DNA of 64,000 nt from Flavobacteriaceae bacterium (GTDB lineage: Bacteria > Bacteroidota > Bacteroidia > Flavobacteriales > Flavobacteriaceae): contig JAYNHF010000004.1 in assembly GCA_038107695.1 (NCBI GenBank), forward strand, positions 8,576 through 72,575, read 5' to 3'. The notes under the pieces were generated by a model. That model saw only the letters and a list, made by a program, of their open reading frames with translations. It searched no databases and had not been told where the DNA came from. Made by a program: the position numbers and the translations under genes. Positions 51,247 to 59,761 of the stretch are shown here, in pieces; position 1 is the stretch's first letter; each line of letters begins with the position of its first letter.

Positions 51247-52773
51247 ATGAAAAATTATAAAATTATTTTATTAATGATATTCGGTCTTTTTACCGTTTCA
51301 TGCGATTTGGATGAAGACCCTATTTTTTTGGATGTTTCGATGTATGAGAACCCAGAAAGTGCCTCTGCTGCAATTGATGGTATCTATCAATCCTTAACCA
51401 CCTACAATACTCAAGAGAGAAGGTACTTTGTTGTGAATGGATTTTCTGGTTTTTTTACCACTGGGAAAAATGGGAATAACAATAAAAACATTAATAATGT
51501 CAATTTATTCTCACTTAAGCCTGTTTATGATGCTGACTCTGAAGCGGTATGGGGAGGATTGTATCAAGCGATTGCTCAAGCAAACTCTGCCATTAAAAAC
51601 CTTAAAGTCGCAGAATCTCCAAGTACAACCAGTGAATTACAATTGGCAGATTTAGCTGGTCATGCCTACTTTCTTAGGGCTTGGTGTTACTTTTCACTAA
51701 CCAGACTTTTTGGCGATATTCCCCTTTGGCTAGAACTTCCCAGTTCATCAAGCCTCAACCAAGCCAAAACTGCTTCAAAAGACATATATGCTCAAGCAAT
51801 TAATGATGCAATGATGGCCAAAAGCTTATTAAACGGCTCTAAGGGTAAAGGTTATCCCAAAGTTTTTGCTGCCAATATGCTCTTATCCAAACTCTACATG
51901 ACGTTGGCTACCAATGTTTCTTTACAAGCTGATGGTATATCGGAGACGGAGTATTGGCAAAAGGCTTACGATGAAGCTATTGAAGTATACAGAAGTGCTA
52001 ATTACAGTCTGGTTTCAAACTATAGCAGTCTATTTACAGATAGTAGTGAAAATACTTCTGAATCAATATTCGAATTGCAGATATCCCAGGATGCTGCCAA
52101 TTCACAAATGGGAAGAAATTATTCTCCTTGGAAATGGAAAAAAACCCTAGCTTTTGGTTGGTTTAAAGTACACGCCAATATATACGATGATCATGCTGCT
52201 ACCTATCCTAATGATCCCAGGTTAGAAGGTACATTCATCAGTGAGTGGACTAGGGCAGATAATGGTAAGACTGCAAAATTTTATCCATCCAACCCCAGTA
52301 GAAGTAGTTATTTTAATGCCAACCCATTTTTTTTCAAGTTTGCTGAAAAAGATCAAACCAGTACTACTCAATACAACAGTCAAAATATTGTGGTTTACAG
52401 ATATGCTGAATTGTTGATCATGCTCTCTGAAATATCCAATGAACTTCAAAACGGTGAGGAAATGATCTATGTTCAACAAGTTTTGGATCGAGTAGGTATG
52501 ACCCCTCATGCAGGTTACAATGGATCCAAAGAAGACTTTAGAGATGCAATCATGCGTGAATATCGCTATGAATTATTGGGTGAAGGAGAAGATGCTCATA
52601 ATAACCGAAGAAGAGGATTTAATTATTTTCTGGTTAATGTGATTTTAAAACATAACAACAACCCAGGGTTTAAAGCGAATGTTGACTTAACTCTTAGTAC
52701 TGATGAGTCAAAGGTGATGCAATTGCCTATTCCACTAATAGAGGTTAATACTAACGAATTAATCGATAACTAA
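51247..52773 (+). CDS. susD: SusD/RagB family nutrient-binding outer-membrane lipoprotein
   Basis: It lies immediately downstream of susC. Lipobox 'GLFTVSCD'. TPR-like SusD segments 'AYFLRAWCYFSLTRLFGDIPL' and 'VVYRYAELLIMLSE'. The ATG at 51247 is preferred over the GTG at 51226. Confidence 0.85.
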   Translation: MKNYKIILLMIFGLFTVSCDLDEDPIFLDVSMYENPESASAAIDGIYQSLTTYNTQERRYFVVNGFSGFFTTGKNGNNNKNINNVNLFSLKPVYDADSEAVWGGLYQAIAQANSAIKNLKVAESPSTTSELQLADLAGHAYFLRAWCYFSLTRLFGDIPLWLELPSSSSLNQAKTASKDIYAQAINDAMMAKSLLNGSKGKGYPKVFAANMLLSKLYMTLATNVSLQADGISETEYWQKAYDEAIEVYRSANYSLVSNYSSLFTDSSENTSESIFELQISQDAANSQMGRNYSPWKWKKTLAFGWFKVHANIYDDHAATYPNDPRLEGTFISEWTRADNGKTAKFYPSNPSRSSYFNANPFFFKFAEKDQTSTTQYNSQNIVVYRYAELLIMLSEISNELQNGEEMIYVQQVLDRVGMTPHAGYNGSKEDFRDAIMREYRYELLGEGEDAHNNRRRGFNYFLVNVILKHNNNPGFKANVDLTLSTDESKVMQLPIPLIEVNTNELIDN

Positions 52774-52826
52774 AAATTAAGTTAATCAATATGTGTTCTG
52801 AGTTGTTTATGATCTATTGAGCTATT

Positions 52827-53936
52827 ATGAAAGTAATTTCAAATTACATACCAATTGTCGTAACCTTATGGCTACTTAGCGGTTTTAGCTCGCAAGTCGG
52901 CATTGGCTATGATGTAGTCAGTGAATTTAATTTAACCTCACTTTCAGAAACTTTCAAGGATGATTTTGAAATTGGTACTGCCATTTCTACTGAAAAACTG
53001 AATGATAAAATAACTCTCAAAATTGTTGAAAAACATTTTTCAAGTATCACTGCTGAAAATGAGATGAAACCTGTTAATCTACTACGAAAGAATGGTGATT
53101 ACAATTGGAGGCCAGGTAATCGATTGGTTGCTTTTGCACAAAAAAATAATTTAAATCTAAGGGGGCATACCCTTTTGTGGCACAAGCAAACACCAGACTG
53201 GTTTTTTAAAGATGCTCAAGGTAAGTTACTCAACAAAGCTCAGCTCTACATTAAACAATACTCCTACATGAAGTCAGTTATGGGTCACTTCGACAAAGTA
53301 ATGGTTTGGGATGTAGTCAATGAGGCTGTAAATGATCAATCCAATACTGAGTTTATTTACAGGAGAAAAGGTTCTAGGTGGTTTGAAATTTGCGGAAGTG
53401 AATATATTGCCAAAGCTTTTGAAATGGCTCATGCAATTGCACCAAAAAAGAAACTTTTTTATAATGATTATGGTTTACTTTCAAGCAGTAAACAAAAAAA
53501 AGTCTTCCGATTACTCAAGGGCTTAATCGATCATGGGGTTCCTGTTCATGGTATTGGAATCCAAGCACATTGGAGTATCTATGACCATCCCCAAGATGTT
53601 GAAAAACTAATTTCCCGTTTTGCTTCATTGGGATTGGAAATTCACATTACTGAATTGGATGTTTCTGTGTTCAGGGGAGGTGATAAAGCAAAACATCGGA
53701 ATTATATTTTCAGTGAAGAAGATCAAAAACGTCAAGTAGCATTTTACCAATCTATTTTCAAAATTTTCAGAAAATATAAAAACGAAATCTCAAGTGTGAG
53801 CTTTTGGGGAGTTAGAGATAATGAAAGCTGGTTAAACAAACATCCTGTTAAGGGGAGGAGAAATTATCCTCTTTTATTTGATGATCAGGGCATGCCCAAA
53901 AAGAGTTTTTATGCCATTAGTAATTTCTCAAAATGA
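52827..53936 (+). CDS. GH10 endo-1,4-beta-xylanase
   Basis: Signal peptide. GH10 acid/base motif 'VWDVVNEAV' and nucleophile motif 'IHITELDVS'. Also 'GHTLLWHKQTP' and 'FWGVRDNESW'. Confidence 0.9.
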   Translation: MKVISNYIPIVVTLWLLSGFSSQVGIGYDVVSEFNLTSLSETFKDDFEIGTAISTEKLNDKITLKIVEKHFSSITAENEMKPVNLLRKNGDYNWRPGNRLVAFAQKNNLNLRGHTLLWHKQTPDWFFKDAQGKLLNKAQLYIKQYSYMKSVMGHFDKVMVWDVVNEAVNDQSNTEFIYRRKGSRWFEICGSEYIAKAFEMAHAIAPKKKLFYNDYGLLSSSKQKKVFRLLKGLIDHGVPVHGIGIQAHWSIYDHPQDVEKLISRFASLGLEIHITELDVSVFRGGDKAKHRNYIFSEEDQKRQVAFYQSIFKIFRKYKNEISSVSFWGVRDNESWLNKHPVKGRRNYPLLFDDQGMPKKSFYAISNFSK

Positions 53937-53966
53937 TTAAAATGTATTTGAAACAAAAGTGAAGTA

Positions 53967-55391
53967 ATGATGCAATCAAGAATTAACATATTGATTTTTG
54001 GGATATCAATATCGCTATCATTGGCTGGTTTTGGTTTTATACCGGATACGGTTACTGGTGATGAATTGGAGGAGCGTCCCAATATTATATTTTATCTCTC
54101 TGATGACCAAGATCAACTGGATTATGGGTGTTACGGTAATCCCAAAGTAAAAACACCTAATGTTGATCAGCTGGCTCAGCAAGGAATGAAATTTACAAAT
54201 TTCTATACTGCTCAAGCCATTTGCGCTCCCTCAAGATCACAGATTTTTACAGGTATGTATCCCGTTAAAAATGGTTGCATGGCAAATCATATTGGAGTGA
54301 GGAAAGATATTTTAAGTATTACCAAATATTTTAAAGAATCTGGATATGAGATTGTATTGGCTGGAAAAAGTCATGTAAAACCCAATCGTGTGTTTCAATG
54401 GACGCAATACTTTCCTCCCCAAAAAAAGAGATATCTTCCTCTGGATAAAGTTGATGCTTACCTTAAAAATGCCAATAAACCCTTCTGCCTCATATTGGCC
54501 TCTGATTTTCCTCATGGCCCCTACCCTAATGATGGCACTTACACCAAAAAAGACATCTATCCGCTGCCATATAGTGGAGGTCGGATTCCTAATTTTAAAC
54601 CTGGATACTATCAAAACATCGAAAGTGACGATCAGCAATTAGGAGCAGTAATGCGTATGGTAGATCAATACAAGCTAAGGGATAAATCAATGTTTATTTA
54701 TGCATCAGATCATGGAATTTCAGGAAAATGGGGGCTTTCAGAGCAAGGTCTCAAGGTTCCTTTTGTGGTCAGATGGCCAGGAAAAATAAAACCCAATGTC
54801 TCATCAGACGTTTTATTGACATTAGTGGATATTCTTCCAACTCTTTTAGAGGCCATTGGTGCTGAAAAGCCCAGTGGTATTGACGGTAATAGTTTTTACA
54901 AAATATTTAGAGGTGAAAATAAAGAAATAAATCCTTACATATTTGGAGTAGCCACGCAGCAGAATATCAGAGCCTGTAAGGTTTTTCCATCTAGAATGGT
55001 AAGAGGAAAACGATTTAAGCTTATTAAGAATTTTAACGCTACCGAAGTTTACCAGTCGAACTATGGTAGCAATCCAATAGTAAATGAGTTCATTAAATTG
55101 GGAGCAGAAGCCTTCCCCCACATTCCTTATGAGGAGTTGTACGATTTGGAAGAAGATCCTTACCAAACCAATAACCTTGCTAAAAATCCAGAATATCAAT
55201 CTTTAAAGCAAAAGTTATCCTCAGTTCTAGACTCTTGGATGAAAGCGCAAAATGACTTTTTGACTCATCACAAAATGCCCCTTTTAAAACCTAACCTCCA
55301 CCCCTTGGATCAAAATTCTGTATGGAATAAAGTATCAGCTTCGTTAACGGGCAAGTTAAAGGAAGAAGATTATTTAAAATTACATTACTAA
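53967..55391 (+). CDS. S1-family (formylglycine-dependent) sulfatase
   Basis: Signal peptide. Metal-binding 'IIFYLSDDQD', FGly motif 'CAPSRSQIFTG' and 'ASDHG'. It resembles sulfamidase/N-sulfoglucosamine-type sulfatases. Confidence 0.9.
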   Translation: MMQSRINILIFGISISLSLAGFGFIPDTVTGDELEERPNIIFYLSDDQDQLDYGCYGNPKVKTPNVDQLAQQGMKFTNFYTAQAICAPSRSQIFTGMYPVKNGCMANHIGVRKDILSITKYFKESGYEIVLAGKSHVKPNRVFQWTQYFPPQKKRYLPLDKVDAYLKNANKPFCLILASDFPHGPYPNDGTYTKKDIYPLPYSGGRIPNFKPGYYQNIESDDQQLGAVMRMVDQYKLRDKSMFIYASDHGISGKWGLSEQGLKVPFVVRWPGKIKPNVSSDVLLTLVDILPTLLEAIGAEKPSGIDGNSFYKIFRGENKEINPYIFGVATQQNIRACKVFPSRMVRGKRFKLIKNFNATEVYQSNYGSNPIVNEFIKLGAEAFPHIPYEELYDLEEDPYQTNNLAKNPEYQSLKQKLSSVLDSWMKAQNDFLTHHKMPLLKPNLHPLDQNSVWNKVSASLTGKLKEEDYLKLHY

Positions 55392-55394
55392 AAA

Positions 55395-57062
55395 ATGAAT
55401 GGTTTTTTGAAAATACTGATTTTATGTTTGTTGGCAATGTTCCATTTGGATTCTATTGCTCAAAAAATCAATCAAAAACCTTTGAATGTCATATGGTTAA
55501 GTACAGAGGACATGGGACCTTTGTTGGGGTGTTATGGAGTCAAAGGGATTGATACTCCAAACTTGGATAAACTTGCCAGTGAAGGAATCACATACAAAAA
55601 CGCATTTGCTACTGTTGGTGTGTGCGCACCGAGCAGGTTTTCTATCATAACAGGAATGTATCCCATTCGACTTGGAGCTCACAACATGAGAACCGGTGAT
55701 TATCATAATTACAAAACACCCGAGGAAGTCACCCACACAACCTATATTGGGGTAAGAGATAAGAATGGTAACAATGTGCCTGAATATGAGGTGGTTACTC
55801 CAAATGAAGTCAAATGCTTTACAGAAATCCTTCGAGCTGAGGGATATTATTGTGCCAATAGCTTTAAATGCGACTATCAATTCAATGCCCCTTTTACGGC
55901 TTGGGATGATGTCTCGTTTAACGCCACTTATCGCAATGCACCAAAAGGCAAACCTTTTTTCTATGTCAAAAATTTTATGGTTACACATGAATCCAGAATA
56001 TGGATTCGAAAGGAGGAACCGCTTTCAGTAGCTCTTGATGAGGTTGAAGTGCCGTCTTATTTTCCAGATATTGAGCAAGTTCGACACGACATTGCCAGAA
56101 AGTATTCCAATATAGAGGAAATGGATCGTCAACTTGGGGTTTTGATGGCTAATTTAGAAGCTGACGGATTACTTGACAGCACTATTATTATGTTTTGGAG
56201 TGACCACGGTGGAAATCTTTTAAGGCAAAAAAGGGCGGTTGGAAAAAGTGGGCTCAATGTTCCTCTTATCATTCGATACCCTGACAAAAGAATGGCTGGA
56301 ACGGTCAGTGAGAGAATAGTATCACTAATGGATTTAGGCCCAACGGTCATGTCCCTGTTGAATATCAAACCTCCTGATCATTACGATGGAAAACCATTTG
56401 CAGGCAAGTTTGCCAGTACACCTCGGTCATATGCTTATGGCAGTGCAGACCGTTTTGATGAAGCCACTGACATGCAACGCTCTGTAACCGATGGAAGATT
56501 CATGTATATCAAAAATTTCATGACACAATTACCGCTGATTTATCGCAATAGATATCGGGAACAAATACCTATGAATGCTGCATTAATTGAAATGGATAGA
56601 AACAATGAGTTGACCGGAGATGCTGCGTACATATTTATGAAAACCAAGCCTATCGAAGAATTATATGATTTAGAAAACGATCCCTATGAGGTAAATAACT
56701 TGGCTAAAGATCCTAAACATCAAAAGCAACTGATCAAAATGAGAGGGTTGGTAACCCAATGGCAATGGGAGGTTGGAGACAAGGGATACATTCCGGAAAA
56801 TGATTTGGTTGCAATGTTTTGGCCAAACATGATTCAACCTAAAACTGCTGAAGTAAAATTCAGTTCAATCAAAACCAAGAAAATAATTTTGTCTTCTGCA
56901 ACCAAAGGAAGTTCGATAGGTTATCAAACAGGACCCCAAATCGGTTCTAATCATTGGACACTTTACTCAGGACCTATCCAATACGCATCAGAAAAAAAAA
57001 TAGTCGCTAGAGCCATTAAAATAGGGTATCAGGCTTCAGAAATCACATCAAACTTAAACTAA
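55395..57062 (+). CDS. S1-family sulfatase with extra C-terminal beta-sandwich-like domain
   Basis: Signal peptide. 'VIWLSTEDMG', FGly motif 'CAPSRFSIITG' and 'WSDHGG'. The last 80 aa or so ('...WTLYSGPIQYASEKKIVARAIKIGYQASE') resemble a chitobiase/hexosaminidase C-terminal (CHB_HEX_C_1-like) module. Confidence 0.9.
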   Translation: MNGFLKILILCLLAMFHLDSIAQKINQKPLNVIWLSTEDMGPLLGCYGVKGIDTPNLDKLASEGITYKNAFATVGVCAPSRFSIITGMYPIRLGAHNMRTGDYHNYKTPEEVTHTTYIGVRDKNGNNVPEYEVVTPNEVKCFTEILRAEGYYCANSFKCDYQFNAPFTAWDDVSFNATYRNAPKGKPFFYVKNFMVTHESRIWIRKEEPLSVALDEVEVPSYFPDIEQVRHDIARKYSNIEEMDRQLGVLMANLEADGLLDSTIIMFWSDHGGNLLRQKRAVGKSGLNVPLIIRYPDKRMAGTVSERIVSLMDLGPTVMSLLNIKPPDHYDGKPFAGKFASTPRSYAYGSADRFDEATDMQRSVTDGRFMYIKNFMTQLPLIYRNRYREQIPMNAALIEMDRNNELTGDAAYIFMKTKPIEELYDLENDPYEVNNLAKDPKHQKQLIKMRGLVTQWQWEVGDKGYIPENDLVAMFWPNMIQPKTAEVKFSSIKTKKIILSSATKGSSIGYQTGPQIGSNHWTLYSGPIQYASEKKIVARAIKIGYQASEITSNLN

Positions 57063-58547
57063 ATGAAAAATCAAAATTCTAAATATAAGATTATCACACT
57101 ATTAGTTATAGTGATGATTGGGTTCGGATTTAGTGAAATTTCTAATAAAGTTGATTCAGTCCATCATACCGAAAAAGCTGAAGTGAAAAATAGTAATAAA
57201 AATATCCTCTTTATTTCAATTGACGATCTAAGACCACTGATCAATTCCTATGGTGTTTCTAAAATGATAACCCCAAACTTTGACAAATTGGCTTCTGAGA
57301 GTGTTCAATTCAATAATGCCTTTACCAATATAGCCGTATGTGGGGCAAGTAGGGCCAGTATTATGACGGGGATCAGGCCCAGTCAGAAGAGATTTAACGA
57401 TTACAGATCAAGAGCCTCTGTCGATGTACCTAATGCTACTCCTCTAAATAAGTTATTTAAAGACAATGGCTATGAGACCATCTCTTATGGTAAAATATTT
57501 CATTACGTTGACGATCATTACCAACATTGGACAGAGATTGATAATGGAGCTCCTCAAGCTGACTACCAGGATCCCATTTCCCAGGAACGCAAAAGAAATG
57601 GAGAAATGGGCTCACACGGTAGAAAAGGTCCAGCAGTCGAATATCCTGATGTTGATGACTATGCCTATACAGATGGGAAAATCACCAAAAAAGCATTACA
57701 AAAATTGAAAGCCCTTAAAAAAGAAAACAAACCTTTTTTTATGGCCTTAGGCTATGTATCTCCTCACTTACCGTTTATTCAGCCCAAGAAATACTGGGAC
57801 ATGTATGATCACGATGATATTGAATTGGCAGACAATGTCTATCATCCTAAAGGTGCACCTTACATTGCCACTAGGTCACAGCACTTTTCAGCAGAGCTAA
57901 GGAATATGTATTTAGACATTCCTAAATCTGGAAATTTAGATGACGAGTTGTCCAAAAACTTAATACATGGTTATTATGCAAGTGTAAGTTATTTAGATGC
58001 CATGATTGGTGAACTCATTGATGGGTTGGACGAAATGGGATTAAGAGATAGTACCACTATTGTATTGTGGAGTGATCACGGGTACTTTCTAGGAGAACAT
58101 GGGTTTTGGTGTAAGCATAGCACTTTTTATGAGGCTGTCAAAATACCCTTGTGGATTTCCTCTCCTAATTATGCTAAAAATAAAAAAACAGATTCTTTTA
58201 CAGAGCTAGTGGACATCTATCCGACCCTATGTGATATTACTGGAATATCTTCTCCAGAATATCTCCATGGAGAAAGCCTAAAACCTGTGCTTGAAGATCC
58301 TAATATGATATTGAAAACTGAAATTTATACTCGCTACAAACAAGGAGAAGCTGTTATCGATAAGGATTTTTCTTATACCGAATTCTATAATGGTGAAAAA
58401 TATATGGGTAATATGCTCTTTGATCTCCATGAGGATTTAAAACAGAATCGAGATATCTCTGAGAAAAAGGAAAATGAGAAAATTGTAGATAGATACAGTG
58501 AAAAATTGAAAATTATGAGAGAAAAAGTAAACCAAAATCCTATTTGA
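57063..58547 (+). CDS. S1-family sulfatase, iduronate-2-sulfatase-like
   Basis: 'ILFISIDDLRP' and '...NAFTNIAVCGASRASIMTGIRP' are collinear with human IDS 'DDLRP...[22 protein letters not shown]'. The FGly motif is the C-x-A-x-R variant. 'WSDHGYFLGEHG'. Confidence 0.9.
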   Translation: MKNQNSKYKIITLLVIVMIGFGFSEISNKVDSVHHTEKAEVKNSNKNILFISIDDLRPLINSYGVSKMITPNFDKLASESVQFNNAFTNIAVCGASRASIMTGIRPSQKRFNDYRSRASVDVPNATPLNKLFKDNGYETISYGKIFHYVDDHYQHWTEIDNGAPQADYQDPISQERKRNGEMGSHGRKGPAVEYPDVDDYAYTDGKITKKALQKLKALKKENKPFFMALGYVSPHLPFIQPKKYWDMYDHDDIELADNVYHPKGAPYIATRSQHFSAELRNMYLDIPKSGNLDDELSKNLIHGYYASVSYLDAMIGELIDGLDEMGLRDSTTIVLWSDHGYFLGEHGFWCKHSTFYEAVKIPLWISSPNYAKNKKTDSFTELVDIYPTLCDITGISSPEYLHGESLKPVLEDPNMILKTEIYTRYKQGEAVIDKDFSYTEFYNGEKYMGNMLFDLHEDLKQNRDISEKKENEKIVDRYSEKLKIMREKVNQNPI

Positions 58548-58548
58548 C

Positions 58549-59082
58549 ATGAAATTAAAATTCATTTTCATACTATCACTTGTTGCATTAATGATGGTCA
58601 ATGGTTTGTTTGGTCAAAACGTCAAAAGTAAAAATCTAAAAAGATCCAATATTGGAGCTGGTTATTCTTCGGCAAGTATGGTTCAAAACAACAAAACTTA
58701 TGTAATTCAACAATCAATTGGACAAACAAGTGTAATTGGTACCCATAGTAATGATAACTATACCCTAAGACAGGGCTTTATTCAACCAGATATTTTAGAA
58801 AAAATCATTGACAAACAAATTCCAATGATACTTGATCTGGTTTTTTACCCCAACCCTTTCTATGAAAAAGCTAACCTGTCTTTTTCAGAGGTTATTGAGG
58901 GAGGTGTTGAAGTTCAGGTTTTTGATATTCTTGGTAGACTAATTATCTCAAACAAATACCAGCCTTCCCAGCAACTTGAGCTCAATCTCGATCTACCCAA
59001 TACTGGAGACTACATTATCAAGGTAAAAGCCAATAATAAACAATTTATAAAACATATTCTCAAAGGGGGAACTAAAAAGTAA
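58549..59082 (+). CDS. small secreted protein consisting almost only of a T9SS C-terminal sorting domain
   Basis: Signal peptide 'MKLKFIFILSLVALMMVNGLFGQ' and an N-terminal region of about 70 aa containing 'QSIGQTSVIG...YTLRQGFIQP'. The C-terminal region of about 80 aa ('LVFYPNPFYEKANLSF...VQVFDILGRLI...DYIIKVKANNKQFIKHILK') matches the type-A Por/T9SS CTD pattern. Confidence 0.7.
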   Translation: MKLKFIFILSLVALMMVNGLFGQNVKSKNLKRSNIGAGYSSASMVQNNKTYVIQQSIGQTSVIGTHSNDNYTLRQGFIQPDILEKIIDKQIPMILDLVFYPNPFYEKANLSFSEVIEGGVEVQVFDILGRLIISNKYQPSQQLELNLDLPNTGDYIIKVKANNKQFIKHILKGGTKK

Positions 59083-59094
59083 AAACCATAAACA

Positions 59095-59760
59095 ATGAAA
59101 AAACTGATATTAATTTTAACGCTGCTAATAGGAACCAGTATTGTTTCAGCTCAAAAAATACATTTTGAAAGTGGTATTACTACAAGCAAATTCGATTATC
59201 AAAATTCAAATGGAAATCCACTGATGAACCTTAAACAGGTAAATGGTCGCTATTTGGCATTTGGATATAGCCAAAAACTATTTACAGAAAATCTTTATCT
59301 AAAACTCGATTTCAACTATTCCAGTTATGGCTCTATTGGAAGTGATATCGACTTTGGAAATTTTATGGAGTGGGAAGTATCATATGCAGGGGCGGGTCTT
59401 AGTTTTGATCTGGTATTACTTACCTACAAAAAACTTAAATTAACTGCCACTGGGGGCGGTTCGGCTGCTCTCCTTCACCGAGGAAATCAAATCATTAACA
59501 ACACAGTCACCGGTTTGAAAGGAAATCCAGATTTTGATGGGACGCTTTTCACCCCATTCTTTGGAGGAGGATTTTCCTACCCAGCCACAGACAACTTAGA
59601 CTTCTTTGTGAAGTATATTAATGGAAAGAGTTTAGACATTGCCAAGGGAAGAGAAACTTTAAAGTTTGAAAGCAGCACCATTTCATTTGGTGTTATGATT
59701 GGTATAGAGGCAGAAAAGAAAAAACATGTAGGAATTACTAATGAATCAAAAAACAAATAA
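59095..59760 (+). CDS. small outer-membrane beta-barrel (OmpA-N/porin-family-like) protein
   Basis: Signal peptide 'MKKLILILTLLIGTSIVSAQ'. Alternating hydrophobic beta-strand pattern with aromatic girdle residues ('YLAFGYSQ', 'LKLDFNYSSYG', 'VSYAGAGLSFDL', 'PFFGGGFSYP', 'ISFGVMIGI'). Confidence 0.55.
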   Translation: MKKLILILTLLIGTSIVSAQKIHFESGITTSKFDYQNSNGNPLMNLKQVNGRYLAFGYSQKLFTENLYLKLDFNYSSYGSIGSDIDFGNFMEWEVSYAGAGLSFDLVLLTYKKLKLTATGGGSAALLHRGNQIINNTVTGLKGNPDFDGTLFTPFFGGGFSYPATDNLDFFVKYINGKSLDIAKGRETLKFESSTISFGVMIGIEAEKKKHVGITNESKNK

Positions 59761-59761
59761 G

